Shown in pieces: positions 32,635-43,158 of a DNA stretch of 64,000 nucleotides. Positions within the stretch are counted from its first letter, which is position 1. Every line of letters starts with the position of its first letter. Both the position numbers and the translations under genes were made by a program. Below the pieces are notes generated by a model. The model saw only the letters and a list, made by a program, of their open reading frames with translations. It made no database searches and was not told the origin of the DNA. The stretch spans positions 32,001-96,000 of the forward strand of contig JBBCKI010000030.1 in assembly GCA_037190965.1 (NCBI GenBank), written 5' to 3'. Source of the stretch: Chthoniobacteraceae bacterium (GTDB lineage Bacteria > Verrucomicrobiota > Verrucomicrobiia > Chthoniobacterales > Chthoniobacteraceae).

Positions 32635-33474
32635 ATGGCCCGCTCCATGAAATCTTATCTTCCTGCTGCCTGCTTCCGGCGCGGCTTTACGCTCGTCGAG
32701 CTTCTGGTCGCGATGGGTGTCATGTCGCTCGTCGTCGTGATGCTCACGAACCTCATCAACGGCGTCACGCTGACCACCGACCGCAGCCATCGGCGAATCG
32801 ACGCAGACGCGGGGGCTCGCGTGGCCCTGGACCGGCTGGGGCTCGACCTGGAGAAAATGCTCCAGCGTCCCGATGTCGATTACGCATTTCACAAATACGA
32901 CGGCAACGACACGATCTCCTTCTACGCCACTACGCAAGGCTACGGCACGGCAAGCCGCCCCCTCTCGGCGATCGCGTATCTGATCAATGGCAACTACCAG
33001 CTTGACCGCGGAGCCAGAACGATCGCCGGGGCCGATTGGCAAACGCCCGTCTTCGTTTCCGCGTCGACGCAGTCCCTCAACCGCACGGACATCGTCAACC
33101 ACGACACTTCCATTAGCGAAGCAAAAACCACGCTGGCGGCCATCGACTACCAAACCCTCTGCGAAGACATCCTGCGCCTGGAGTTTGCCTATCTCGTCAA
33201 GGACGCAGCCGGTGTCAGAATCGCCAAAGACGCGCCCTCGAAATTCGAGAATCTCCGCGGGCTCGTGGTGGGAGTCGCCGCCCTTGATGCAAGAAGCCGG
33301 GCGATGACAACCCCCGCCCAGTTGGCCCAGATCGCCGCGGGGCTGATCGACGCTCAGGACGGCAAGGACATCTTGAGCCTGTGGGATCCGGTTGCCGGAA
33401 AGCCGTTGGCCGGCGTTCCCGAGGCGGCCACTTCGAACGTGCGAATCTATCAACGCTACTATTTCCTCCAGTGA
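32635..33474 (+). CDS. Verru_Chthon cassette protein C-like (prepilin-type N-terminus, PilW/GspJ-like)
   Basis: RRG|FTLVELLVAMGV; C-terminal VRIYQRYYFL. Confidence 0.85.
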   Translation: MARSMKSYLPAACFRRGFTLVELLVAMGVMSLVVVMLTNLINGVTLTTDRSHRRIDADAGARVALDRLGLDLEKMLQRPDVDYAFHKYDGNDTISFYATTQGYGTASRPLSAIAYLINGNYQLDRGARTIAGADWQTPVFVSASTQSLNRTDIVNHDTSISEAKTTLAAIDYQTLCEDILRLEFAYLVKDAAGVRIAKDAPSKFENLRGLVVGVAALDARSRAMTTPAQLAQIAAGLIDAQDGKDILSLWDPVAGKPLAGVPEAATSNVRIYQRYYFLQ

Positions 33475-36400
33475 TCCCTCAAAACTCTCATCGCCGGGGC
33501 GTCGCCCTGATTCTTGTGCTGTCGTTTGTCGTTCTGGCGACGACATTGATTGTCGCTTTCTTTTCCCGCTCGATCCTGCACCGGCAAGTCGCTTCAACCA
33601 GCGGCAGCCAAACCCGGGTTGACATTCTGGCTCAAAGCGCGCTGGAAATCGTGATCGGCGACCTCAAGCAGGAAATCGCCGCAGGCTCGACGGCCAACAC
33701 GGTCGGAGGCATCACCATCTACACGCCGATCTCGAACAGAACGGTGGCGCCCTACGACGGAGACATCAATCGCACGCTCCAACCAAACCTTTTGAAAACC
33801 AGCGCTTTCAGCAAGGCGGTTTTCTCCGGAACTCCTTACGCCTCGGGCAGCACCGCCACCATCAGGGCCTCGAATGCCCTCACAACGGGAACCTCCGCCA
33901 ATCAACGATTCATCAGCCTCGGCCGATGGAATGCCCCGCTGCTCCTTTCCTCCACGGGAAGCCTATTCACTCCCACCAACTTCACGGCTCCGCACTGGAT
34001 CATCGTCACGCGCGGAAACGTCGGGATTCATTCCACCGGCCCTGTGATCAGCGGGACCACCTTTCTCGGGCGGAACACCGGCGATACCGGGCCCGCCGAC
34101 AAGGGAATTCACAATCCCGCCCCAAGCAACACAGACTATGCCATCGGCCGGTTTGCCTATACCGTCTACGACGAAGGCGGGTTGCTTGACGTCAACGTCG
34201 CGGGCAATCGGCTCGGGGCGACAGACAACGACAGGCGGGGCCGCCTGCATCAGGCTGACTTAAGCGTGATTCCCGGATTCACCACCACAGGCCCCACCGA
34301 TCTTCTTTCATGGAGAACCGCCGCCACCGGCACCAACACGGACGATGTTGCAGGCGAGGGAGGCCTTTTCGATCCCAAGCGGGATTTCATCGCCGTGCAA
34401 AAGACAGGCACCAACTCGGATCAAACCTTCTTCAACCGCCAGGATCTGATCGCCTACGTCAAGAACACTCCCTCACAATTCAGTGACACTCCCACCGGGC
34501 TTCGCTATCCGGCACTTCAATATCTATCCTCCTTCTCCCGCGAGAAGAACGCGCCGAGTTGGGCTCCGACAAGCCCGACGACCACCAACCCAAAGCTCGC
34601 GGACATTCGGGCGAAAAACAATACCCCGATGCTCAAGCAACGATTCCCCTTGAGCCGGATTGACTTGATCCGCCTTGAGACAGCAGCCGATGTCCTCAAA
34701 TACTTCGGGTTGGAGAAAGAGAGCTACTATTGGAAATATGTCCACGGCAGCGCGATCAACACCCTGGACCAGGTAAAGGATCTTGAGCGCGACCCGAACT
34801 TTTTCGAGCTCCTGAAGGCCGCAATCCTCGCGGGTTCGTTGGGCAAGAGCGGCAAGGCAGGCACCGCTTCGCTCCCTGAATCTGCTACCGGCGTGCTCTC
34901 CGACCTCCAGATCCTTCAAATTGGGGCAAACATCATCGACCAGTATGACATAGATAATCTTCCCACTGAAATTCGCCTGGGCAGCGAGGCGGTTTACGGT
35001 GTCGAGAATCTTCCATACCTCGTCCGGGTGTTTGGGGTTCACGCGGCAATTGATCCCGGCGATCCAAACAAGATCAACGGCTGGCTCCAGCCCGAACTCT
35101 GGAATCCGCATCAGCAGGCAACCACCTCGGGCACCATTCGTCTGCGGATGGTAGGACAGGCTCACACGCTTGTCGAAAATGATTCGCCCTCCCAGCCTCC
35201 GCCCAGCGCTCCGGCCCCATTGACTACAGCGGATGCGGAGATCACTTTTAACAACTCTTCCACCTTCGAAAATCCCACGGTGTTGACCGCAGTTCCGGGA
35301 ACGATCTATTCTTCGACCAATTCGATAATCTTAAGCGGGACTACTTATGTAGGATTCCAAACCGGTCAGGTGGACGCTCCCGCGAACCATACGCTCTACA
35401 AAATTGAGCCGGAGGTTAGTTACAGCTTTTATTTGGATTATGCCGTCGGCACCAGCGGCTACCGCCCTTACTCCGTCTGGAAGAATATCAATACTGCCCT
35501 CGAAAATCTTCCGGCAGCGGCAGGAAAGCACGGCGCCTTTTTTGTCAAAGCCGACCCCCGGACCGATCGTTTCGGGGCCTCGGTTGGCACGGTGTACAAT
35601 CTCGCAGCCGGCGCGGACGGTGAAATTGGTAAAACCATTCGAATGACGGGAGCCAATGGAATGACCATCGCCTCCCATGCCCCCACCTCCGGATTCACGT
35701 GGAACCCGGCAACGAACTTTTTTCTTGGCCTGTTGAGCGACAACTCATCGACCTCGGATGGCTACTATGCCGATCCTGATGGCGTCGTAAGAAGGGCGGA
35801 TGGCGCGAATTGGACAGGCGCCGAAGGGCTTCCCCTGAGCCCAGCCAGCGCGGGGCGGGCAATCGTCCTCAACCGCCCGTTCCGCTCGGTTGGAGAACTC
35901 AGCTATGCCTTCCGCGATCTTCCTTTCAAGAGCCTGGACTTCTTCACCGCACAAAGCGCGGACGCCGCATTGCTCGACGTCTTCTCGGTGGATGACAATG
36001 AAGTTGTCGCGGGGCGGATCAATCCAAACACCCGAAACAAGCAAGTGCTTCAGGCCATGCTCCTTGGCGCTTCGAAATCAGGAGCGGCTCCAACCCTTTC
36101 ATCCACCGAGGCGGACGCCCTCGCGCAAGCGATTGTCACCTGGACCGGGAACAGCGCGCCCACACAAGGCCCCCTCCTCAACCGGGCCGATCTGGTAACA
36201 AAACTGGAAACTGTTATCGGCGGCGCGTGGACCGCCGATGCAGACAAAGCCAACAAGACCCGTCGCGAGTCGGCAGTTCGCGCGCTGGCCGATGTGTCCA
36301 ATACCCGGACATGGAATCTGATGATCGATCTGATTGCCCAGACGGGGCGGTATCCCACCGGGGTCAGGCCCCAGCCCGCCGAAACGGACCCCTTGAATAA

Positions 36401-36503
36401 ATACTTCGTGGTCGAGGGAGAGCGCCGCTATTGGCTCCACCTCGCCATTGACCGGTACACCGGCGAAATCGTGGACAAACAATTGGAACTGGTGTCCCAA
36501 TAG
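33471..36503 (+). CDS. Verru_Chthon cassette protein A-like (large PilX/GspK-like protein)
   Basis: GTG start overlapping the previous stop; RRG|VALILVL, GRFAYTVYDEGG, LNRPFRSVGEL, GRINPNT; about 1010 aa. Confidence 0.85.
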   Translation: MIPQNSHRRGVALILVLSFVVLATTLIVAFFSRSILHRQVASTSGSQTRVDILAQSALEIVIGDLKQEIAAGSTANTVGGITIYTPISNRTVAPYDGDINRTLQPNLLKTSAFSKAVFSGTPYASGSTATIRASNALTTGTSANQRFISLGRWNAPLLLSSTGSLFTPTNFTAPHWIIVTRGNVGIHSTGPVISGTTFLGRNTGDTGPADKGIHNPAPSNTDYAIGRFAYTVYDEGGLLDVNVAGNRLGATDNDRRGRLHQADLSVIPGFTTTGPTDLLSWRTAATGTNTDDVAGEGGLFDPKRDFIAVQKTGTNSDQTFFNRQDLIAYVKNTPSQFSDTPTGLRYPALQYLSSFSREKNAPSWAPTSPTTTNPKLADIRAKNNTPMLKQRFPLSRIDLIRLETAADVLKYFGLEKESYYWKYVHGSAINTLDQVKDLERDPNFFELLKAAILAGSLGKSGKAGTASLPESATGVLSDLQILQIGANIIDQYDIDNLPTEIRLGSEAVYGVENLPYLVRVFGVHAAIDPGDPNKINGWLQPELWNPHQQATTSGTIRLRMVGQAHTLVENDSPSQPPPSAPAPLTTADAEITFNNSSTFENPTVLTAVPGTIYSSTNSIILSGTTYVGFQTGQVDAPANHTLYKIEPEVSYSFYLDYAVGTSGYRPYSVWKNINTALENLPAAAGKHGAFFVKADPRTDRFGASVGTVYNLAAGADGEIGKTIRMTGANGMTIASHAPTSGFTWNPATNFFLGLLSDNSSTSDGYYADPDGVVRRADGANWTGAEGLPLSPASAGRAIVLNRPFRSVGELSYAFRDLPFKSLDFFTAQSADAALLDVFSVDDNEVVAGRINPNTRNKQVLQAMLLGASKSGAAPTLSSTEADALAQAIVTWTGNSAPTQGPLLNRADLVTKLETVIGGAWTADADKANKTRRESAVRALADVSNTRTWNLMIDLIAQTGRYPTGVRPQPAETDPLNKYFVVEGERRYWLHLAIDRYTGEIVDKQLELVSQ

Positions 36504-36548
36504 CGGCTCTCCCGAATCGGAGCCGCACCCGCTAGCGAAAGTTTTCTC

Positions 36549-37187
36549 ATGAACAAGCGTCTTACCGCGTTCTCTATCTTAATGGGGCTCGGAGCTAGTC
36601 TGTGGGCGCAGAGCCCGGCAACAAAGCCGTCATCGTCAGCAGCCCCGCTCTTCAAATTTCCGGCGAGAGCCTCTTTCACCGTTGAGTTCGGACAGCAAAT
36701 GCAGGCTAAACCGGGCGGTGCCCCGGCACGTCAAAAAACGCTAGTCAAAGTCGATGTGACCAGCACCGAGAAAATGCGCCGGTTAACCAAACTTTGGGAC
36801 GACGGCAGCAGGACCGAAGATTGGTATATCGGAAACTATCGCATGATCGAGCATCCAAGCGGCCAATGGATCAACATGGTCGACGCTACAAAATCGTCCT
36901 ACGGCGGCAAACTGAGTTACGACGCCTCCGATTTTTCCTGGATCTCCATTCAGAACCGCAGCGGTGAGGCCACCTACAAGGGACGGCCCTGCCATCGTTT
37001 CCAAATGCAAGCGCCAGCGGCTTCGAGTGAATCCTGTGAAGCAGTCATCGACGATCAAACGTTGTTGCCGCTTATCCTGGTAAAAGGAAACACGACCGCA
37101 ACCTTCACATTCCGACAGGCTCCGCAGGGCGAATTGCAACTTCCGCCCCGTTTCGAGCAAAAATGGAAAGAGATTCAGCGCCGCTGA
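36549..37187 (+). CDS. Secreted hypothetical protein following the cassette
   Basis: Sec signal (MNKR...SLWA|Q), beta-rich mature part; 45 bp after cassette gene A. Confidence 0.75.
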   Translation: MNKRLTAFSILMGLGASLWAQSPATKPSSSAAPLFKFPARASFTVEFGQQMQAKPGGAPARQKTLVKVDVTSTEKMRRLTKLWDDGSRTEDWYIGNYRMIEHPSGQWINMVDATKSSYGGKLSYDASDFSWISIQNRSGEATYKGRPCHRFQMQAPAASSESCEAVIDDQTLLPLILVKGNTTATFTFRQAPQGELQLPPRFEQKWKEIQRR

Positions 37188-37261
37188 TTTTTCCTCTTTC
37201 CAATAGCTTGCAACGTCGGAAATTTGCTGCTCTCTAAGTTGCGCAATCCTTTGTACCGATT

Positions 37262-38515
37262 ATGCCCACAACCCCCTTCTCCTTCGCCAAAGAATCCTAC
37301 GCAGCCCTTGGCGTGGATGTTGAAGCCGCCTTACAGACACTCGCTTCGGTGCCGGTCTCCCTTCACTGTTGGCAAGGCGACGATGTGGGCGGATTTGAGA
37401 ACGCGGGAACAGGCCTGACCGGGGGCGGCATTCAGGCCACCGGTAATTATCCCGGCAAAGCGCGCACGCTGGAGGAGTTGCGCGGCGATCTGGAGAAGGC
37501 GCTTTCGCTCATTCCCGGCAAGCACCGGCTCAATCTCCATGCCTGCTACGCCGATCTTTCCGGCGGCAAGGTGGAGCGCAACGAATACACCGTCGCCCAG
37601 TTCCAAAGTTGGATCGACTGGGCGAAGGCGCAGGGGCTCGGGCTCGATTTCAACCCGACCTTTTTCTCTCACCCGCTCGCGAACGGCGGCCAGACGCTCT
37701 CACACCCCGACGACGGCGTCCGCCAGTTCTGGGTCGAGCACGGCATCGCCTCCCGCAAGATCGCGGCGGAGATGGGACGGCAACTCGGCACCACCACCGT
37801 GACCAACCACTGGATCCCGGACGGCTCCAAGGACCTTCCCTTTGACCGCAAAGGGCCGCGCGAGCGATTGGAAGCGTCGCTCGACGAAATGTTCGCGCCG
37901 GAGATCGATCCGGCCCTCAACCTCGACGCCGTGGAGTGCAAGCTCTTTGGAATCGGCTCGGAGTCGTACGTGGTGGGCTCGCACGAGTTTTACCTCGGTT
38001 ATGCGGTGAAGAACCAGAAGCTCGTTTGCCTCGACGCCGGGCATTTCCATCCGACGGAAGGGCTCGCCGACAAGATTTCCTCGGTGCTGCAATTTGTCCC
38101 CGAACTCCTCCTGCACGTGAGCCGCGGGGTACGCTGGGACAGCGATCACGTCGTCCTGCTCGATGATCCGACCCGCGCGATCATGGAAGAACTGGTGCGC
38201 GGCGACTACCTGGGTAGAACCCATATTGGGCTCGATTTCTTCGATGCCAGCATCAACCGCGTGGCCGCGTGGGTCATCGGCACCCGCAGCACGCTCAAGG
38301 CGCTCCTGCTCGCCCTGCTGGAACCGGCCGCACGCTTGCTGGAGGCGGAAAAGGCGGGCGACTTCACCGCCCGGCTCGCCCTGCTGGAGGAAGCCAAATC
38401 GCTCCCCTTCGGCGTGGTCTGGGACGAGTATTGCTGCCGCCAGAATGTCCCGGTCGGGGCTTGCTGGATCGACGAGGTGAAGGCGTACGAACGGAACGTG
38501 CTCGCTTCACGGTAG
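37262..38515 (+). CDS. rhaA: L-rhamnose isomerase
   Basis: [64 protein letters not shown]. Confidence 0.97.
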   Translation: MPTTPFSFAKESYAALGVDVEAALQTLASVPVSLHCWQGDDVGGFENAGTGLTGGGIQATGNYPGKARTLEELRGDLEKALSLIPGKHRLNLHACYADLSGGKVERNEYTVAQFQSWIDWAKAQGLGLDFNPTFFSHPLANGGQTLSHPDDGVRQFWVEHGIASRKIAAEMGRQLGTTTVTNHWIPDGSKDLPFDRKGPRERLEASLDEMFAPEIDPALNLDAVECKLFGIGSESYVVGSHEFYLGYAVKNQKLVCLDAGHFHPTEGLADKISSVLQFVPELLLHVSRGVRWDSDHVVLLDDPTRAIMEELVRGDYLGRTHIGLDFFDASINRVAAWVIGTRSTLKALLLALLEPAARLLEAEKAGDFTARLALLEEAKSLPFGVVWDEYCCRQNVPVGACWIDEVKAYERNVLASR

Positions 38516-38524
38516 GGGTGCAAT

Positions 38525-38658
38525 GGCGCGGCAGCGCCGGTAGTCCGCTCTCGCGCCTTCATTGGACCCAAATCCAGCACCCTTCGCCCGTCTTGATGGG
38601 ATGAGCATCAAATGCGCCTCATCGTCGTTTCCCGCGCTCTCGGCGAGAGCGGGCTACC
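38525..38658 (+). repeat. GTAG-tagged REP-doublet element, copy 5 (internally deleted)
   Basis: GGCGC-GGCA-GCGCC hairpin + GGTAGTCCGCTCTCGC ... CCCGCGCTCTCGGCGAGAGCGGGCTACC. Confidence 0.87.
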
Positions 38659-38760
38659 TGCCGCCCCACCAAATCGGCAATTTTCCCCGGTACCCTTGAA
38701 AATTTTTTCATCGTCTTGTCGCGCGGGGAATTTTTTGTGCCATAGGTATTTCACAAACCT

Positions 38761-39210
38761 ATGTCCTACTCGAATCCCGACCTCACCATTCACCCTCCCC
38801 GCAGCGCCCGTGTCCGCCTTGGCGGCTTCGTTATCCTGCCGAGGATGCTCGATAAAGGCCGCGCTCTCCTCGCGGGAAAAAACGGCGACTACAAGTTCAA
38901 TTGTCCTCTCGACCAGCGCTTTACAAAGTTTGCGGGCATCGACGGCGACGCGTTGAAAGAACAACTTGCCGCGGGGAAGGGCGACGGGGAGATCCTCGAA
39001 TGGGTACTGGCCAACGCCGCCAACAAGCCCGACGAAACGGCCATTACCGCCTGGTCGGCCCTTCAGGAGCAGAGAGCGCCAACCGATGTGGACACCCGCA
39101 CCTACTTCAACAACCTCCACACCACCGCCGGTGCGCATCGCACGGACATCGCAACGTGGTTCGACCTGCTCGACCTCGACGACTACGCCAGCTACGGCGG
39201 AAAGGCCTAA
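38761..39210 (+). CDS. DUF5069-like conserved hypothetical protein
   Basis: PPRS.RVRLGGFVILPRMLDKGRA..AGKNGDY.FNCPLD...TWFDLLDLDD. Confidence 0.8.
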   Translation: MSYSNPDLTIHPPRSARVRLGGFVILPRMLDKGRALLAGKNGDYKFNCPLDQRFTKFAGIDGDALKEQLAAGKGDGEILEWVLANAANKPDETAITAWSALQEQRAPTDVDTRTYFNNLHTTAGAHRTDIATWFDLLDLDDYASYGGKA

Positions 39211-39374
39211 GAACCCCCTGGAAACGGCCCAAACACACGGGGTGGGTGACCCTCGGAGGCTCCCACCCCGCCCAGCCACGGGTTCCCCCGGATCCGAAAA
39301 ACGGTAGAAATCGTTCTTTTCCGCGTCGAACGAGCGGCTTTAGTATTTCGCGCTTTCCAAAAGATTATCCATCT

Positions 39375-40784
39375 ATGAGTCCTCTGTCTTTGACTGACGA
39401 GCACCTCGACAAACAGCATGTCGATCCACCATCCCCTGCGGAAGGCCAGGCTGACGAACCTCCGTCGCGACGCCTGCCTACTCCCCATGCGGAACACCGC
39501 GCCCTGCGCCAGGATGAATTCTGGCGGCATCTTCCCGGTTTCAAAACCATCACGGCGGCCGAATTCCAAACCCATACGTTTCAGGCTCGCAACTCCGTTA
39601 CCAATCTTCGCCAACTTCGCGAACTCGTAGGGACTCTCGCTCCCGACTCTTTCTTCGACGACCTCGCCGCAGGTCTCAAGCGCGCCCCAATGGCGCTGCG
39701 CATCTCGCCCTACCTCCTGAGCCTGATCGACTGGAGCAACCCGTTTCACGACCCGATCCGTACCCAATTCCTGCCGCTGGCCTCGCAGCAGATGCCCGAT
39801 CATCCGATGCTGCGGCTCGATTCGCTGAACGAGCAGGGAGATTCGCCCGTCCCGGGCTTGACCCACCGTTACCGCGACAAGGCGCTTTTTCTGGCCATCG
39901 ATTCCTGCCCGGTCTACTGCCGCTTCTGCACGCGCAGCTACGCCGTGGGCTCGGACACCGAGGAAGTGGAGAAGATCAAGCTGCACGCGAACCTCGCCCG
40001 CTGGGAGACGATGTTTGCCTACATCGCCTCGCGCCCGGAACTGGAGGACATCGTGATCAGCGGCGGGGATACTTACAATCTCCGGCCCGATCATGTCTCC
40101 CTCATCGGCGAACGGCTTCTCTCCCTGCCGAACATCCGGCGCATCCGCTTCGCCACGAAGGGCCTCGCGGTGATGCCGCAGAAGATCCTTTCCGACGACG
40201 CATGGGTGGACGCCCTGACCAGGGTGGTCGATCTCAGCCGCAAGCTCCACAAGGATGCGGTCGTGCATACCCATTTCAATCACCCCAACGAGATTACCGC
40301 CGTGACCCAGGCCGCGATGAACCGACTGACGGAACGCGGGATCACCGTTCGCTGCCAGACGGTATTGCAACGCACCGTCAACGATTCGCCGGAGGTGATG
40401 CAGCTTCTGGTGAAGCGCCTCGGGTTTATCAATGTCCACCCGTACTACGTCTATTTTCACGACCTGGTGCCGGGCGTGGAAGACCTCCGCACTTCGCTGG
40501 CCGCAGGGCTGGCGGTGGAGAAGGCGGTGCGCGGATCCACCGCCGGGTTCAACACCCCGACCTTCGTGGTCGACACCATGGGCGGTGGCGGCAAGCGCGA
40601 CGGCCATTCGTTTGAGCATTACAACCGCGAAAACGGCATCGCCGTTTTCACCAGCCCGAGCGTCAAGCCCGGAGCGCGGTTCCTTTACTTCGACCCGCTC
40701 CGCTCGCTGGGCGACGCCGCCCGCGCCCGTTGGGCCGACGCAAACGAGCGCCGCAGAATGATCGACGACGCGCTGCAATCCTGA
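39375..40784 (+). CDS. KamA-family radical SAM aminomutase (lysine 2,3-aminomutase-like)
   Basis: DPIRTQF, LTHRYRDKAL, CPVYCRFC, ISGGD, HTHFNHPNE, PLP-lysine motif GGGGK. Confidence 0.9.
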   Translation: MSPLSLTDEHLDKQHVDPPSPAEGQADEPPSRRLPTPHAEHRALRQDEFWRHLPGFKTITAAEFQTHTFQARNSVTNLRQLRELVGTLAPDSFFDDLAAGLKRAPMALRISPYLLSLIDWSNPFHDPIRTQFLPLASQQMPDHPMLRLDSLNEQGDSPVPGLTHRYRDKALFLAIDSCPVYCRFCTRSYAVGSDTEEVEKIKLHANLARWETMFAYIASRPELEDIVISGGDTYNLRPDHVSLIGERLLSLPNIRRIRFATKGLAVMPQKILSDDAWVDALTRVVDLSRKLHKDAVVHTHFNHPNEITAVTQAAMNRLTERGITVRCQTVLQRTVNDSPEVMQLLVKRLGFINVHPYYVYFHDLVPGVEDLRTSLAAGLAVEKAVRGSTAGFNTPTFVVDTMGGGGKRDGHSFEHYNRENGIAVFTSPSVKPGARFLYFDPLRSLGDAARARWADANERRRMIDDALQS

Positions 40785-40807
40785 TAGGATCGCCCTCCTT
40801 TATCCCC

Positions 40808-41788
40808 ATGAATTACCGCACGCTTGGCAAATCGGATCTCAAGGTTTCGGAAATCTCCTTTGGCTGTTGGACGATGGGCGGCCTGAACTGGGTCAACGGC
40901 ATCGCGAATGGCTGGGCCAACGTCGATGAAGCCGAAGTGACCGCCGGGATCAAGGCGGGGCTCGACGCCGGGGTGAACCATTTCGACAACGCCGATGTCT
41001 ACGGCAATGGCCGTGCGGAGCGGATGCTGGCGCGGGTGCTGGACCGCCTGGGAGTGCGAAGCGACACGGTGGTGATCGCCTCCAAGGTGGGCCACTTCCC
41101 GGGGACCGCCGCGCATGCCTATGAGCCGCTGCATATCCGCCACCAGTGCGAACAATCGCTAAAGAACCTGAAGCGCGATTACCTCGACGTTTACTACCTT
41201 CACCACGGCGATTTCGGCCCGGACTCCGAATACCTGCAAGGCGCGGCGGAAACGCTCGACGCGTTGGTCAAGGAAGGGAAAGTCCGGGTAAAAGGGCAGT
41301 CGGCCTACTCGGTGGAGGATTTCGAGAAAACCATCCCGGTGGTTCGCCCGCAGGTTCTGCAAAGCTGGGCGCACGCGCTCGACGACCGGTTCATCCGGGA
41401 GGGGTCGCGGCTTCAGGAATTGATGACGGAACACGGCTTGTCGTTTGTCGCCTTCAGCCCGTTGGCGCAGGGGCGACTTCTCGACAAGTACGACCCGGCA
41501 AACCCGCCCGCGTTCGAACCGGGCGACACCCGCAAGGCCAATGCGGCGTTCACCGCCGGGGAGATCGCGAAACTCAAGCCGAAGCTCGAAAAATTGAAGC
41601 GGCACTTCGGCTGCGGCGTGGAAACACTGGCCGCCGTGGCGCTCAACTACGTGCTCTCGCACCCCAACGTGGCGTGCGTCATCCCCGGGTTCCGCAACGA
41701 ACGGCAGGCCTGCTGCAACCTCGCCGCCACCCGGCGCAAACTCTCGGAAGACGACCTGCGGTTTATTCGCGATGCTCTGGCGGAGTAA
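40808..41788 (+). CDS. Aldo/keto reductase
   Basis: MNYRTLGKSDLKVSEISFG, FDNADVYG, SKVG, SLKNLKRDYLDVYYLH, SPLAQG. Confidence 0.93.
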   Translation: MNYRTLGKSDLKVSEISFGCWTMGGLNWVNGIANGWANVDEAEVTAGIKAGLDAGVNHFDNADVYGNGRAERMLARVLDRLGVRSDTVVIASKVGHFPGTAAHAYEPLHIRHQCEQSLKNLKRDYLDVYYLHHGDFGPDSEYLQGAAETLDALVKEGKVRVKGQSAYSVEDFEKTIPVVRPQVLQSWAHALDDRFIREGSRLQELMTEHGLSFVAFSPLAQGRLLDKYDPANPPAFEPGDTRKANAAFTAGEIAKLKPKLEKLKRHFGCGVETLAAVALNYVLSHPNVACVIPGFRNERQACCNLAATRRKLSEDDLRFIRDALAE

Positions 41789-43081
41789 TCAGGCGGGCTG
41801 CTCCTTGGAGCAGTTCTCGCAGTCATCGTGACGGGATTCCTCCTGGACCATCGCCGCCGTATCGCGCACCAGCGCCTTCATGCTCGAAAGCCAGATAACC
41901 CCTGCCACGAGAATGACCAGCGAAATGGTCAGAAACGCGACGTTCCAGTTGGAATGATCCCTGATCAAGCCAATGAGCGGCGGGGAAATCGCGTCCCCCA
42001 ACGCGTGGATCACCAGGATGCTCAGGGCAAACGCGGAAGCACGAATGGCCGGAGGAGTCACATTGGCGATGGCGGTGTTCGATGGCCCCGTGTTCAGGAA
42101 CACGAAGAAGATCGTGATGAAGACGAAAATCCACGCATAGGGAAACGGCGTATAAACAATCGCCACCGTGGACGGAAACCCAAGGAGCATTCCCCAGCCC
42201 GATACCAGAAAATAGGAACCGGGGAATCGGGTGCGGAGGCGGTCCGCCAATAAGCCGCCCAGCAAAGTGGAGATCAACCCGGCAATGACCACGATCCCCC
42301 CAAAGAACAAAGTCGACTGCGATTGCGGCACTCCACGCGCCTCGGAGAGATATGTCGGCACCCAGAAGGAGAGGCCTCCGATCGAGAACGTCAGGGCCGT
42401 TTGTGCCGCGACGTTGAGAAGGTAGGAAGGAATTCGAAACAGCCGCCGATAATCATCCAGGGCGGACCGTTTGGCGGCTTTGGAAGCAGGCTTGCGAGGG
42501 TCCTTCATCATGAATGACCACGCCGCGAGCGCCAGCCCGGGCGGCACCACAAGGTAAAAGGCCCACCGCCAGTCGAGATGGTGAACCGCCAGGCCGCCCC
42601 ACATATAGCCCAGCGCGCTCCCCACGGGAATCGCGACATAGAACCACGATAACACCTGCCCCCGTTTTTCCACCGGGAAAAGATCGCTGATGATGGTGGG
42701 CGCAGCCGGGCCGTAACCCGCCTCGCCGATCCCCAGAAAGACGCGGGTGAGCAGGATCGCCACAAAACTCCCCGCCAACCCCGATGCTCCGCACGCCATC
42801 GTCCAAAGCCCGACACTGAAGGCAATCAGCTTCCAGCGGGAATACCGGTCTGCCAACCAGCCGAAGATTGGAGCCGTGAGCATGTAGGAAATCAGGAATC
42901 CGGTACCCAGCAATCCGGCCTTGAAATTCTCCTTGGGGTCGCCCGCCAGAAACTCCAGCTTGATCTGGGGGAGGACCGCCGTGATCAGGTAGCGGTCGAG
43001 GTAACAAAAAAGGTTGATGGCCAGCAGGAGCGCGACCGACATCTTCGCGCTGGAGCCGGTTTGGGAAGGTGGCTGATTCAT
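41789..43081 (-). CDS. MFS transporter (spinster-like)
   Basis: CYLDR, GWLADRYSR, RVFLGIGEA, ISDLFP..KRG, HALGDAISP. Confidence 0.9.
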   Translation of the reverse strand: MNQPPSQTGSSAKMSVALLLAINLFCYLDRYLITAVLPQIKLEFLAGDPKENFKAGLLGTGFLISYMLTAPIFGWLADRYSRWKLIAFSVGLWTMACGASGLAGSFVAILLTRVFLGIGEAGYGPAAPTIISDLFPVEKRGQVLSWFYVAIPVGSALGYMWGGLAVHHLDWRWAFYLVVPPGLALAAWSFMMKDPRKPASKAAKRSALDDYRRLFRIPSYLLNVAAQTALTFSIGGLSFWVPTYLSEARGVPQSQSTLFFGGIVVIAGLISTLLGGLLADRLRTRFPGSYFLVSGWGMLLGFPSTVAIVYTPFPYAWIFVFITIFFVFLNTGPSNTAIANVTPPAIRASAFALSILVIHALGDAISPPLIGLIRDHSNWNVAFLTISLVILVAGVIWLSSMKALVRDTAAMVQEESRHDDCENCSKEQPA

Positions 43082-43158
43082 GCGAACGCAGGTCGCATCC
43101 CGCGCCTTTGGAGGGCGAAATGCAAGACGATTTTTCCGGGATGGCTCGGGCTCCTCTT

